DNA of 64,000 nucleotides. Source: Polymyxa betae A26-41. Its lineage: Eukaryota > Protista > Endomyxa: Phytomyxea. The notes beneath the pieces are model-generated. The model did not search any database, had not been told where the DNA came from, and worked only from the letters and a program-made list of their open reading frames with translations. Below are positions 46,538 to 63,649 of this stretch, piece after piece (positions within the stretch are counted from its first letter, which is position 1; every line of letters begins with the position of its first letter). The position numbers and the translations under genes are program-made. The stretch is from the NCBI GenBank assembly GCA_003693705.1, contig RBZT01000312.1, positions 124,001 through 188,000 of the forward strand. The letters run 5' to 3'.

Positions 46538-48353
46538 GCCCTTTAGATAGCCTGATACATGTGCGATTAGTATGGATGTGAGAGATGAAAATGTGATTAC
46601 AGATCTGGCAGAGACGGCTCGGGCTGCTCTACTTAATGGCCGATATAGACAGAGTCAGACTCACCTATTGTAGAGCTACTAGTGACTATTTATTCAATGT
46701 ATGTAGGGGATGAAGAGTCGAGGATATCGGCCGATCTAAGGGCGAAGCGGGATTCGAGCCTAGGCCTCCTTGCCAAGAGATATTTTCGATTTCTCTTCCT
46801 TGCAATTGCCCAGATTCTCCTGTTTGCATTGCAGCAGGATCGCTGCTGTCGTCGTCAAACTGAATGGATACAGCTTGCTGTTTGAAGCATCACTTTATCC
46901 AGCGTTTTCATATTTCATTATTCTATCCTGTGTTTTCGTATTTCGATATTCTACCCACTTTGGGTAAGGCGAACTGAATCGTTCATGTGATTTTCAATTA
47001 CTGCCCTAGATTCCTGCTAGATGCTGCAATGTGTATAGTATTGCAAATACAGAGCACAGATAACAGATTCAGAACACAACGTTACCCACTAGAATTATTA
47101 CCAGCATCGATTATCCCCAGATCATGGACAGTCCTGACTTGACCTGTTCGCTTTGACAACATTGAACGTTTGTTGAATGCATCATTTCGAAATGATTGGC
47201 TACTTCGAAAGCTATGGCCAAGTTGTAGTTAACAATTAGACTGTGTGGCAAACCATGCTGAATGAATTCCCTCAAACAGCTGCAAATCGTATCAGACACG
47301 GCTGAGCTGCGGTGACAAGTAATCGATTTTTTGAGAAGATCCGAAGACGGGTATCGTCGACGAGTGAGCTGGAAGACGACCAATGGTTGCGCCTTCATTT
47401 GATGTCATTGATGACACTATAATCGCCCCCGCCCCGAGCTTAGCCTTCTCGCTGCCCTTGCCGCTTATCAATTCACCCTTCCAAGAGTCGCTAAACTTCT
47501 TGTTTTTAATTGGGATGCGATCGTTTCTGGCTCTTGAACTGACTGAGTGAACCAATTACAGAGATGATGCTACTGCAAACACCATTCTCATCCAGGCTAA
47601 ATCTTCTCTCCTTCGTATAAGATACATAAATCCTGTTCAGGGTAGCACTCATAGCTTGAAGGCATTGATAGGGATTCTCTTATAAACGCCTTCAGATGCC
47701 GGGATGACTTTCTAAGAAGCTGAGATTATTGGAACTTTATCGTCGCCGACCGTAATCATTACCTGCCGGCAACATTTGCCTTCAAAATTCAAGATTTATT
47801 ATCTCCGTAAGCCATGGACAGCAAAATTTCGAGCTTTTTCAAAAACGCCGCCCGTCCATATCATGAGATTCCCAATCATATAAGTTGATATCTCCTTCAA
47901 ATACCGTTATATTGCAACATGGACCTAACTTATATTGAGACGACAAGACGACCCAAACACGCTCATTGCGTTTACTTACATAAACGAATGAAGTCGATTT
48001 GTCTGGTCCAGTGGTTGATGAACATCCATAACGATTGACAGCGAATCAAGCATACAGTTTTCTATAAAATGGGCAGCTGTACTTTCTACAGTAAAAGAGT
48101 TTTGATACTTGTAAACTGTAAGGTGCCGATTCTGACGAAGTGTCGTTGCTGGAGCGGAGTTTTTGATGGAAGGAGGGAGTAGCGTAATGTCTAATGACGC
48201 TGACTCCTCCGCGAACCTTCGAACGATTTTCATTGGTTCAGTAATGAAGTGATACCGTATACGCTATCGGATTGTCTTTGTTGCAGTTCTGATAAGTTGC
48301 ATTATATGTGCGAGTTTGCACCATTATTGCAAACTGACGTTGACGAATTTGGT

Positions 48354-48417
48354 GATGTTAGTGAGTCGAAGATCAACAACAGAAATAGCGATGTTAGTGA
48401 GTTGAAGATCAGCAACA
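48354..48417. repeat. Tandem duplication, 36-bp period
   Basis: gatgttagtgagtcgaagatcaacaaca at 48354 and gatgttagtgagttgaagatcagcaaca at 48390. Confidence 0.8.
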
Positions 48418-49085
48418 AGACTCAGATTTGTCTTTGAGGTTGGTCTGAACAGGAACGAATGGGATTTATCACTGCGTTTAGCAGCATCGTTGAAGTATGC
48501 TTACACGATTCGCATTGCCATTTCTAACCATCAATTCATCAAGGAAACCGACGCTCAGATTATAACCAGTTTTGCCACTAAAAACGCCTTCGATTTTTTA
48601 GGCCGTATTTTCATCGTCCTCTGTTAGCAAGCGCCGGTCGATCTTGTTCTGCACCGGCAATTGTGTCAGCGTCATCATTGCTTATTGTACATTAGTATTA
48701 CAACCAGCCAGCACATAATTCCATCATACAAGCCGGAGAGGACTGGTTGCCTTTGTTTCGGGAGAGGACGGCGCGGCCGATCAGCAACTTCCAGTGCAAC
48801 CCGCACTGATCCTTTGGTTCAGGGCGCAGAGCCTTCTGACATGCGAATTGCGAATTTGTTGCAGCCTCTGCAAATCGACGCGTGGCACTTGGCAAGCGAC
48901 GGCAACTTGTCCCAGAGTCAGCCCGACGCGTTGCCACGCGGCTGGATGTCAGTCAACGTGGGGGCACCGTCCAACGTTACCAAAATTAGCTCGAGGGGGC
49001 TGCCCGACCATATTCCTGACACGGAGGGTCTCTATTGGCTGTCTTTAACATTTTCACTTTAGGCTAATAGGCGTGTCTCTTCAAC

Positions 49086-52386
<3,301 letters not shown>

Positions 52387-52700
52387 TGTTTAAATTGTTT
52401 AATTACTGTTAAATTAGATGTTTTGGTTAAAACATAACTTAAGCTCTTAATCCAACCAGATACCTTCGCTGTGTATGAAACTTTCCATGAAAGAGATCTG
52501 ACTTTGAGTGCTGTGCTGCCTGCTGGACTGCTGGTATCGAAAAGGTTGCGCTTGCCTTATATGAGTGATTATTCTGTTTTTTCATTTCATCATGCCCGGC
52601 CTGCGGTGATATGAAATAAAAACAACTGAAGTTCGGCCCAGTTCGGAATCCAGAGCCCCATAATATAGGGCGTACGCTGCCGGCCTGATCTGCGCCCGCC

Positions 52701-55700
52701 ATGCTTGAAGGCGTTCTGGAACGCCTGCTGTTGGATCGCCTTGGAGAGTATGTAGATTTGCCGAAAGACTCCATTCAGATTGGGGTTTGGTCTGGTGAAA
52801 TCATCCTCGATAATGTGGCATTACGGCCGTCTTGTCTTACTCGGCTGAAATTGCCTGTCGATGTCAGTCTAGGCAAACTTAGAAAAATGCACATTAAAGT
52901 ACCTTGGTCTTCGCTAGGGAGCTCTCCAGTCAAGGTATTATCTGAATGCCTAAATTCTGAGTACTTATGACGGACCTTCCATTAGATTACTTTGGAAGGA
53001 TTACTAATTCTTGCCCAACCTGCCCATGGCGCCGAGTTTGATCCTGAAGCTGCCATTAGGTTGATGAATGATCGTAAGATACAGCAGCTGAGATCGGCAG
53101 AGCAGCTCCGCGCTCAGAGGCATTGGGAGGAGAATAATGCCGAAGAAGCCAGACAGCAGCAGAGCTTCACCCAGAGCTTCCTGTCAAAAATAATTGCAAA
53201 TATTCAGGTCGTCCTTCGTGACGTTCACGTTCGATATGAAGACGATACAACATTCGCGGATCGCTGCTTTGCTGCTGGAGTGCTTATAAAAGAGTTTACA
53301 GCACTCACTACAAACGCTAATTTCGAGGAATGTTTCATCTCATCGGTTGAAACTGTCGTCAACACGTTCAAACGTTTGACGATGAGGAATGCTGCCATCT
53401 ATTGGGACTCGAATGCAGTTTTATTGAATAATCATTCTGAATCAGCGATCTTATCAGCAATGCAAGAATCCATTGATGCTATGGATATGTTATACGACGT
53501 TCAAAATGCAGAGCAGCGCCCTCTACCCCAGCACACCTTTGTTTTGTGCCCTGTTTCTGCAGCCATGAACCTCACCATGAACAGCCGGTACTTCGAAATG
53601 AATGCTCCACATTACAATTTCGAATTGCGAATCTGCAATTTTAACGTCACGCTGCATCATAACCAGTACGACGATATGGTCCATCTGATCGATAATTTCA
53701 CGGCATTGCAGAAGAGGTCGGAAGTGGAAGTGCGGTTCTCTGCTATCAGGCAGCACCATCCGGAAACTGGCCCATGTGCTCCAGGGCACAGTGCGGCCGC
53801 TTGGTGGCGCTACGCCTGCAAATGTATCATCCACCTAAATTCAACTGGGAAACGGAGGTGGTTTTCCCCGGCATCGGTTTCGCTCTATTGCAAGCAACGA
53901 CGAGAGTATGTGGAACTTTACAAGCGCAAGCGAAATGTGCCTTGGTATCCGCCGCTAAATGAATCCGAGTTGGCCCGACTCACAGAGCTGGAAGAGATGC
54001 TCGAAGTCGATGATATTCTGTTTTTCCGATCATTTGCGGAAACCGATTTGGCTGCTGAGGCCAGAAAAAGCAAACAGATGCTGGAAGATCTGCGAAAAGC
54101 AAACCAGAGCCAGCGAGGTGGCGATTGGTGGTCCTCTGTGTTCGGGTCCAGCACGGCCACTGACGAAGAAGTCGACCCGAGCTTGATTCGCCTGACCAAC
54201 GAGCAACGTCGCGAACTGTATAAGACCATCGATTTCAAGGAAGTCACACAAGAGTTCACTCTGCGACCGAATCACGTATTTTCAGTGTTTTCTGTGAAAG
54301 TCGTTGATGCGTCCATCAATCTAATTCGCAACAACCAATACCTGACGACGTTATCGTTCGAAGGAGATGCAAAAATCGAACTGTTTCAGGGGACCCGGTT
54401 CACATTGTCGATATCTTGTGCGACGCTGCACGATCAATATACAACCGGGTCGTGCTTTCCCAATATAGTAGTATTCAAAGGCGAAGGGCCGTTTGCCCAT
54501 TTCGTCTTGGAGATCGATCCAGTTGACAGCGACGCCAACATCAGCGTGAATCTGTCGGTGAAACCCGTCGAAATCGTCTACAATCAGCTCTGGATTCAGC
54601 AAATCATTCGCTTCTTCCGCCCCGTTCACGAGTTATCCCATCTTCGTGGCGCCGCTCTATCTTGGTCGGAACAGCGCCAGTCCGAAATGATCGTCGCTCT
54701 AACCAATCATCGCGTTATCGATGTCAACTTTTCAGTTCAGCATCCAATTCTGTTCATCCCAATAGACATCTGCAGCGAACAATGCGATTTACTCGTTGCG
54801 GATCTATTGTCTTTCAGCCTTATCAGTCTGCGAACTCTTGATCAGATGACAGATGAATATCTCTATGGACGCCCTCCTGAACCTCGCTCTTCATATGACG
54901 CTTTCTTACTGAACGTTCACGGCGCTTCCGTCTCGTTATGCTCGAGTTCGGCTTTATTAGAAGGAGCGGCTCCAATTCGCATTTTACAACGAACGAACTG
55001 TCTATTGGGCCTGTATACCTGTATCGATCACACATCGGTTAGTTTACCAAATCTTGTGCTGAATGGCTCCATATCAGAACTGAATGTTCGATTGTCGCAT
55101 GCTGAGGCTGGGACAATCTGCGATATTCTCAGCGCCCATGGTCGCTATCCGATATTCGACGATGTCGTACTGGATTCGAATACACACGACGCTATCGCCG
55201 TGGTTCCATTGGACGATTTGACGTCCAGACCTGACGATCACATCTCTTCGCTCAGCATACTCAATCGACAGTGGTTCATCTGTGCATTCGCTGTCGATAA
55301 GCTATCGGTGAAGTTTTCGGATTCAAAAGGCCCACTGGTCATTACCGAGATCTGCGGGTTCTCCATCGATTTCCGTTATTCTCTCGCTTGTTCTATAGTG
55401 CAGATGCACTTAAAGGATGTATCCGTCCAGGATTGTCTACAGAAAGGACAGTTTTCCATGCTGATGACCTCTAAATCGGTGGAATCAGATCCGGCCGAAA
55501 GCGAGCTCATCACGGTGTCGTACACGATCACATCTCGTTCATCTCCCGCTTATCAGGGTGTCGATCAACTCGTTGTTGTTGAATTCAACTCGTTGCTTAT
55601 CAATTGGAATCCTGATACGGTTCTCACCCTTATGAACCTGCTATATGGCTCAATCTCACCACCGTCTCCACCTGAACCGCCCTCTCCTGATGCTTGTATA

Positions 55701-58700
55701 TTGGTTCATAAACCAGAAATCGACCTATCTCATATCGTCATTCAAGCGCATATGAAGAAGTTGGTATTGTCGCTTAACAAAGAAATTAGAGACCGTCAGC
55801 TGGCTGTCGTTAGTGTTTGTGAGCTATATGTGGCGACCGCTATCAAATCAGATTGTGTCTCTGTTACTGGGAAGTTGGGGTTGTTTACCATCACGAAACC
55901 CTCCCCTCAATCGTCTCCCGATGATGTATTCAAGTACCTGGTGCTGCGCTCTTCAGAATCCTCCAACTTGTTGGAGTTCGCTTTTGACTCGCTCGGGCAT
56001 CAAATATCCCCCAACGAATTCGGCCCGAAATTCGCATTAAAACTGAACTCGATCCAGTTCGTGTATCTGCACCAGTTTACAATGGAGCTGGCCGACTACC
56101 TATTCCAGGGCGTGCTCGGGTCCGTACTGGCACAGACCGTGAGCACGGCCAGCGACGTGTTGCTTCCGGAATCGACCGAGCAGCAGGTGGAGCCCCCGTC
56201 GGTCTCCATCGAGGTGTCTATAGCGAGCCCGCGAATCCTGCTGCCCGTTCATCCTGATTGCTCCGATTTCATTGAAGCCGATCTCGGCAACATCTCTTTC
56301 ACCCATTATCGTGGAGATCCGCATCTTTGGGAGGGTTCAGTGAAAGGCGAGCAGATGAAACTGATCGCACATATTAGGGGTGACGAGCAAGATTGCGGCG
56401 TCCTCGATCTCGAGGTCGCAATCTCATTCCCATACCCGATACAAACTTCATCCTGCATCATTGTTGACGTGATCGGTCATCAAGCAGAGGCCACCATCTC
56501 ACACGATATTTTCAATCTGGTCCTGAAAATATTTTATTGCAACTTTCTCGCATTGCCTCCAGATTCGGCAGTCGTGCCAATCGCACCGGACGGGGCTGCC
56601 AAGTCGCAGATCTTGTATACGTTCGACGAAGCCTCTCCATCTCAGCCGATGAAGGTCGCCTTCAAATTAGATTCGGTGAATGTGCAATGTATGGGTAATG
56701 ATACCAGACATCATTCATCCCAGCCGGATGTTTGTTTGGCGTCGCTAACAATCAGCCGTTTCTTGCTGAATTACGAATTCGAACTTGATCAGACATCGCA
56801 TCTGGACTTCTCTATCAACTCGTTGGATGTGATCGACTCCAGACGGATGGCGTCACATTCTGCTTTCCAGAAGCTGATCTGCACCAATATTGAGAATAAC
56901 ATCTCCGAGGCCGGCATTCAGTTCTCACAAGATGCCATCACAACCTGCCTGACAATCTCCCATCCCACTATCTTCGTACTGCCCCATCTTGTCATGGATC
57001 TCATGTCACTGTTCGACACCAGCGATCTATCGCCGTCCACCGGTGACAACTCGACGTCAATGCCCGATGTATCGGCACCAGCAGAATCGTCTCGGTGGGT
57101 TGTTAACGTATCAGATGCTCGAATCGTGTTTATCGAGCACATTCATGATAGCGATTCGAGGGTGGTTGCCACCAAATCCAGTTTTAATTTTACTGTCGAC
57201 AATGAATTAACGGCCGCCACTGGGCGCGCGTTTTGTACTCAAAAGCTGCTGGTCTCTGGTCTTGAGTGTTTCGTCAGTCGAGGCACGTCACTGTACTCAG
57301 CCGGAAGCTCCGATCGGCTCCCTCTCCTGTTCCCGACCTCGTTGAACGCTTCATTAAAAGACGAATTCCTCGGAAATGTCAGAAAATCGCGCGAATTTCA
57401 AGTTCACCTGGGACCCATTACGCTCGCCTTGGCATACGAAGACTATCAGCTGGCACTGCATATTTACAATGCTATTTCAAAAGCAATGGTGCGGTCGTCG
57501 TCATCCGCTCGATGTTCGATCGATTCGGGAGTTTCCTCTAGTCTTTTGTCGCTAGCTGCTACGGAATTCGATATTCCTGTCGTGACTCCAATACATCAAG
57601 CAAGCACAGAGATCGTGGCATATTCATTCACACTCTACTTCGATCAGGTCAAGTTCACTGGAATCAATGATTATCTGGGACGGTTTATGCCTCTCGTCAT
57701 GTTCCATACGACGCCGTTTAAGCTGCTTGTTCAAGGCAGCAATCTGTATGTGAGAGTCTATGCATCATCTGTGCTTACCATTCAGGCGTTTAATCCCCGA
57801 ATAACAGCATGGGAACCTGTCTTGGAAACTTGGTAACTCTTTATTTATTATCCATTGCTCTCACTAAATGGGTTTCAGTGCGTTCGAGGTTTCCGTCGAG
57901 CATTTGTATGAAGAGGCGATATCTAAGGGACAGTTCCGTCGTACATCACAACCTCAGACCCGACCGGTCGCTACCGCTATCCAGATCGAGATTGCAGGAA
58001 CTCCGGCCTCTACCGCCACCTCACCGGATACTGTCAATGTCAACATCAGCTGGTCATTCCTGGAAACCATGTTGGGCACAATGCGATTCTGGCGCCGAAC
58101 CAACACCAGCAGCATGATCGGCAGCGACTCGGCATTCTCCCCCTATTATGTTCGTAATGAGACTGGTGATCAGGTTATATACTGGCTTGATACAGATGCC
58201 AATATTCGTGATACTGTCGTTAATGGTCATGAAGCACCTGTTAAGGTGGTTCCATATGAACTGTTACAAGCTTCATCAAGGGATACAACTTCTATATCTC
58301 TCAATCTACAAGTACATGGACCATGGCTCCCCATCTCCGGACTCAAATTCGACAAGGTCGGTGCCAAGCGATTCGTACTGGCTCCGACCAGGAACGCTCC
58401 TGCTACAGCCGCCAATATGTATCTGGTTGCCGATTGCAGCCTGCTGAACGGCATCAAAACGTTGACGTTAAGGTCGTCGTTGGTAATTGTCAACAACCTC
58501 AAGGTCGCCGTCGAGCTGTATTCGAGCGATCAACCGCCATCCGTGGATCTGGATCGCGCCGATCCGCAGCGATTCGGTCCCGTGGCGCCCGGTCAGTCAT
58601 TGCCGGTCCCGTTGCGTCTGCTCCATCTCGATCGCATCTATATTCGGCCTGATCAGGGATCAGTACGGTGGAGTGAGACCCCATTCAGTGTCACCGGTCT

Positions 58701-61700
58701 GAGTCGAATGAAGTCCGGTGAATCGATGCTGCTTCAGTGTTTAACTACAGACCGAACTGTAGCACCCAACTTCTTTAGCTATTTCAATGGGGCGTTCTCC
58801 AATCGGCAAGCACCATTACGTGGTAGTCGATTCATGTTGATGAACCCGTTTGTGCTACGTAATATGCTTCCGGTCCCCATCAGTTTTGCTATCAAATTCC
58901 GCGATGGCGCCATCAATGCCACCGGCTCGCTGGAGCCCGGCGAATGCTTCTTCGCCTCCGAATTCGAAGAAGCTCGTGACCCGTTTATCTCTATCACAGC
59001 ATATGGGTTCAAGCCGTTGCCATGGATACGCATGAACCCGTATTATGTGAATAATGATCAACCCGCCTATCTATCAGATAGTGCAGATCGCACTCAGACC
59101 GACTGTATCGAAGATTATCTGGTTCTTTCTGATCTTGAAGGGTTCCCGATGCGCGTTAAGATCGAGGTATTGGTCGGTCAGCCGGCTCTCAAACGATATT
59201 CGGAACGTGCTAAAACCGTCTATACGATCTCTGCCGCCTATATCTTCGCTGACCGTACTGGCCTTGGTCTGCAAATCGGTTGGACCAGCGATGATCTGCC
59301 AATACATCCTATACCGGCCCAGGGCCAACCTCCCATGGATCATCATGGCCGTCTTCCATCCTACGGATCCCTGTTATCATCGCAACGGATCTTGATGTTC
59401 GGTCTGATGCCAGATCGGGATTGTTCCATCGTGTTGAAGATTGCTGGAACAGTAGATTGGAGCCCATCGTTCAACATCTCGTCAGTAGCAGAGGATGGTG
59501 CCTTATCGTTTATTCATCGACCTGATCCGGAATCTCATCCGATCTATATGGAGGTTGGGGTTCAGTTCGATCTGTCACCTGGACGGTTTATCGGCACGAA
59601 ATTGATTCAGTTCGTGCCGCGATTCGTTCTTGTGAACAACACCGAATCAGATCTGTTCTTCATTCAGCCCGATCTTCCATCATCTCAGATCCGTCTCCAA
59701 CCTCACTCCAAATCTCCCTTCTACTTCGCCTGTTCCAATCGAAAGCGCCTGATTTCGGTGTCACTCGATGGCGAGACATGGTCGGGAGCCTTCTACGTCC
59801 ATGAGGTCTCCCAGGCCTGTGTTAAGATCGCCAGCTCTCAGATCAGGTCCAGTACGGCCACGGTGGATTCAGCCACGGTCCCGAACCCGATCCTGCTCGA
59901 CCTTCATATTCAATCAGCACGCTCAGCAATCCATTCGTTCTTCAGTGTTCGAATGTGTCTGGATTCCCCTTATCAGATCCAGAATCTGTCGGGCGTCACC
60001 GTTTATTTCCGTCAGAAGCTCGACAGTCCATTCCCGACCGGACCGCTGTTCTCGGTCGCACCCGGGCAATCAGCGCCCTTCTCATGGGACTGCCTGGCGG
60101 CACCAAAACCACTCCTGCTCGAATTCCGGAGCGAGACCTGGCACGGAACTGTCTCACTCGATGATTTGTCATTCGATCAGCGCGTCGGTGTCGCCGGCGC
60201 CATGCTGCGACTCAGAGTGATCAGTCGTGGCCCCGCCAAGGTTCTGGTCGTACAGCCCACATCATCACGTGCCCGAACTGTAGCTCAGGCTCTGGATATC
60301 GGCAAGAAGGTCATCGATCTTGAGCTGAAAGTTTCCATATTCCGTATCTGTGTATCATTGATTGATGATCGACCCAGCGAGCTCATGTTGCTGACTCTGA
60401 CCGGCATTGAGTTCTTACTGAGCAGCTCTGCGAATATCTGTGAGGCAGCTCTGTGTGTGCAATCAGCACAGATCGATAATATGGACTGGGATGTTGGACT
60501 TGGTGCTCTGTATAAATACCCGGTCGTGATGCTTCAGAATCCACAACCAACGTCAACACGACGATCTTCACAGAATGGCTCCTCCACCTCACATATCTTT
60601 ATTCATACCTGCATGCTTCTTAATCGGCCTGGCATTATCTTCTTCAAATACTTTGGTGTGTTAATCCAGGAGACTATCGTAGAGGTTGATGAGGCCTTTT
60701 ATGCGATGGCCTGCCGATTTCTATCGATCGCTAACGAATTGACCACTTGGGACACCGACATCGAAGAGCGATCGTCGACAGTCACGCGAACAATGTCTGG
60801 TAACGATCTGGCGGCGATATTTCGCAGCCAGGACGAAATCGATGCTGTGGCCGTCCTCAGCGATTTACAACAAAAAGCCGGATACCTGATGTTCTTCGAG
60901 AAGCTGGAATTGGCCCCGATCCACATCATCTTCAGTTTCGCTAAGCAGCCCAGCGGCCTCGAAGTGAACGCCGTTTCCCGTACGATCAGCGTCACGTTCA
61001 AGAATGTGGATTCAGCCCCGATCAGGCTGGAAGGCAAGCTGATGAGAAATGTGTTCGCCACGTTAGACGTCATGATCAGCAGTCTGGCGTCACACTATCA
61101 CGCCAGTGTTATGAGTCGTCTTTATACGATATTGGGGAGTGTTGCTGTTCTGGGCAATCCGCTCGGACTTCTCAGCAATCTCGGCTCGGGTCTGTCCGAT
61201 TTCTTCAACGATCCCGTTGATGGACTCGTTGAAGGAAATTTGCAGGGTTTCGGCCAAGGCCTGAAGAGAGGATCACAGTCACTTTTCAATCAGTCCATGT
61301 ATGGGTTTGGAAATTCGCTTGCTGGAATTTCGGGCAATCTTGGAACTGGAATCGCAGCGTTAGGCACAGGCCGGGAATATCGTGAGCGACGAGCCATCGC
61401 CAGAGCACGTGAATCTCCGGATGACGTTCTTGAAGGCCTCGCTTATGGAACAAAAAACATCGCCACTGGATTTGCGGATGGCATCGCTGGGGTTGTGATC
61501 GACCCGCTCAAAGGAGCTGCAAACGAAGGTGTGTCCGGATTTCTGAAAGGTGTCGCTTCTGGAGCGGTCGGGCTGTTCGCCAAACCTCTGACAGGCGTAC
61601 TGGACGCTGTTAGCTCGGTATCGCAAGGTGTGAAGAATACGGCGAATATCCCGAGCAGACGGAGGGCACAGATTCGCCGTTCTCGAATGCTGTATGGTCC

Positions 61701-62061
61701 CGACAAAACAGTACGAGAATATAACAGCAAACATGCAACTGTTCAACAGATCATACGAACTATTGAACAAGGTCGGTATGCAACAATAGCCTATATCGAT
61801 CATATCACGATCGGAACGGCGCTTTACGTATTCCTTGATTCATGCATTATTGTTGTTGATTTGCAAGGGCAACCAAGCTTAATCGAGGAGATTCCATGGA
61901 AGAACCTTCGCGTTGATATCGACGAAGGCAACATTTGGCTGAAACAGTATTCAAGGGTACACCGCCTACCAACTCTACAAGATCGTGAAACTGCCATGAA
62001 TGTATTCAGGGTGATAACGCAAGCTCAAGTTCAATCCATGCAAGATTTACAATATCAATAA
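52701..62061 (+). CDS. VPS13: VPS13-family bridge-like lipid transfer protein (~3080 aa, 3 exons)
   Basis: Chorein-N MLEGVLERLLLDRLGEYV..IGVWSGEIILDNVALRP..VPWSSLGSSPV, IIANIQVVLRDVHVRYED, WEPVLE, VAB repeats (PYYVRNETG, FVPRFVLVN, PYQIQNLS), QIDN..YPV, LGNPLGL and a Gly-rich ATG_C region. Confidence 0.96.
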
Positions 62062-62083
62062 TGTAAAATAATAATAATAATAT

Positions 62084-63104
62084 TTATGGTTTAATAGCAA
62101 TCGCTTTGATAAGCTCTTCGATTCCAGAGAGTAGCACTTCCGGATCGTGGTCGTTTTCGATATTAGCCATGGTCGCCTCCCGAGTCTGAATCAATGCCTC
62201 CTGGGCATCGTCATCAAACTTCTCGCCACGATCATGCAACTTCTGCAGCAGCAGCACGATTTGTTCGTGGCAATCGGTGTCATCGATTTCTCTGAGACAT
62301 TTAACAAGCAAAGAAGGCAGGTCTGAAAACGAAATCAGCTGAGTTGTTCGTAGAAGGTTATCTAGCAAACCTTGACCAAGAGCGCTCGGTTTTTCAGCTT
62401 CTATGAAAGACATCAGATTAATGGCCCTTCTTAATACTCGTAAATTCGAATGGCTCGAGAGCGTAGCTAATAACGAATCTAAATATTTGGGATTCGAGAT
62501 GAATGCATCAAAGGCGCCAGGAAGCGCTTTCACCAAACCAGAAATCGCCCAAAACGCTTTGGATTGGAGCTTCTCTGAGCTCTTCTGCTGGAATAGGTCG
62601 AACAGAAGAGCGAACCATTTCTCGTTGCTCATGAGGGCTTCACTAAATATTGGGTTGTTGGGAATGCAAATACCAATCAGGTTCAATGCTGATACTTGGA
62701 TCTCTTCGTTGTCCATAGCGATATACTGGAAAGTTTTTTCCAGGCCACCGATTTTAGTCAAATCTACGAAATGATTGACAACAGATCGTGAATAAGCAAA
62801 CAAAATGATTTACCATTGGCGTTATGTGTTAGTTCACACATATATTCCAGATCGCCCAAAATATCAAGACGTCGATCGTCATCGGCCTCATCTAACTCCT
62901 TCAAAAGCTTTATCATGCGATCCACTTCCTTCTCTTCGCCAAACAGAGCCTTGAACCATTTCTGATCCTGATTTCGAGTAACCATATAACCATATCACGG
63001 GAAAAGCACCATACAATTTGCCCCGGTTGCATCAATGGTCGTGCGGCGGGTGTTTCATCAGAAGTGGATACTTTCGTAGCCCAATTCAGCAGAGCAGTTT
63101 CCAT
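62084..63104 (-). CDS. HSPBP1: Hsp70 nucleotide-exchange factor HspBP1/Fes1 (ARM repeats), 3 exons
   Basis: LLNWA.., QKWFKALFG..EVDRM, LGDLEYMCELTHNANDLTKIGGL (after splicing), IGICIPNNP, KAFWAISGLVK. Confidence 0.87.
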
Positions 63105-63189
63105 GATCTCTCAAATTTCCAGCCGATGAAACAGATAATGGAGTTCTGCGCAATTTGTTGGCAGATTAATGTCACACGATCCTTCCTAG

Positions 63190-63202
63190 GAACATTCTCG
63201 GA
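63190..63202 (-). promoter_or_regulatory. Heat-shock-element-like site upstream of HspBP1
   Basis: GAA-CA-TTC-TC-GGA about 90 nt upstream of the ATG. Confidence 0.45.
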
Positions 63203-63365
63203 CGTTGCATTCAAAGAAAAATCTCATCTTTGACATGTTTCAACGCTAACGTATTAGATCATAGGAAACTTTATTGTCATCGGATAATGCATGATTCGCT
63301 TATTTGTGACGGCTACCTTCAGCCATGGTTTTATGAGTATGAAGTAACGTTGAAACCAGAAAATA

Positions 63366-63438
63366 CGCTTGGTGACGCAGTTGGCAGCGTGCTGGGCCCA
63401 TAACCCAGAAGTCCCAAGATCGAAGCTTGGCCGAGCGA
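63366..63438 (+). tRNA. tRNA-Met (CAT), initiator-like
   Basis: Cloverleaf CGCTTGG TG ACGC AGTTGGCA GCGT G CTGGG CCCATAA CCCAG AAGTC CCAAG ATCGAAG CTTGG CCGAGCG A; all four stems pair. Confidence 0.95.
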
Positions 63439-63448
63439 TTTCTTTTTT
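63439..63448 (+). terminator. Pol III oligo-dT terminator of the tRNA gene
   Basis: T-rich tract including a run of six T directly after the discriminator base. Confidence 0.8.
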
Positions 63449-63649
63449 CGCCTTAAAAAGGTGTAATACATTTTTGTTGTGATTCAATAATAGTGTTTAC
63501 GGTACATGGATTCAAAACGACATTAGCACGATTGTTCTTGCCTTCTTGCCTGTCTTGAAAATATAACAAAAACCGGCTGATTTTATATCTGTAACTGTAC
63601 GCTTTGATCGGCTCTAATCCAACAACTTGTTTTGCAAGCCCTGTATAGA

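Noticed and set aside
46741-46810. tRNA-like B-box (GGGATTCGAGCC) with an anticodon-like TTGGCAA on the minus strand
   Set aside because: Anticodon, D and acceptor stems do not pair.
46697-46885. Peptide KRDSSLGLLAKRYF resembling the start of an E2F DNA-binding domain
   Set aside because: No RRIYD/RRLYD motif found downstream in any frame or plausible exon.
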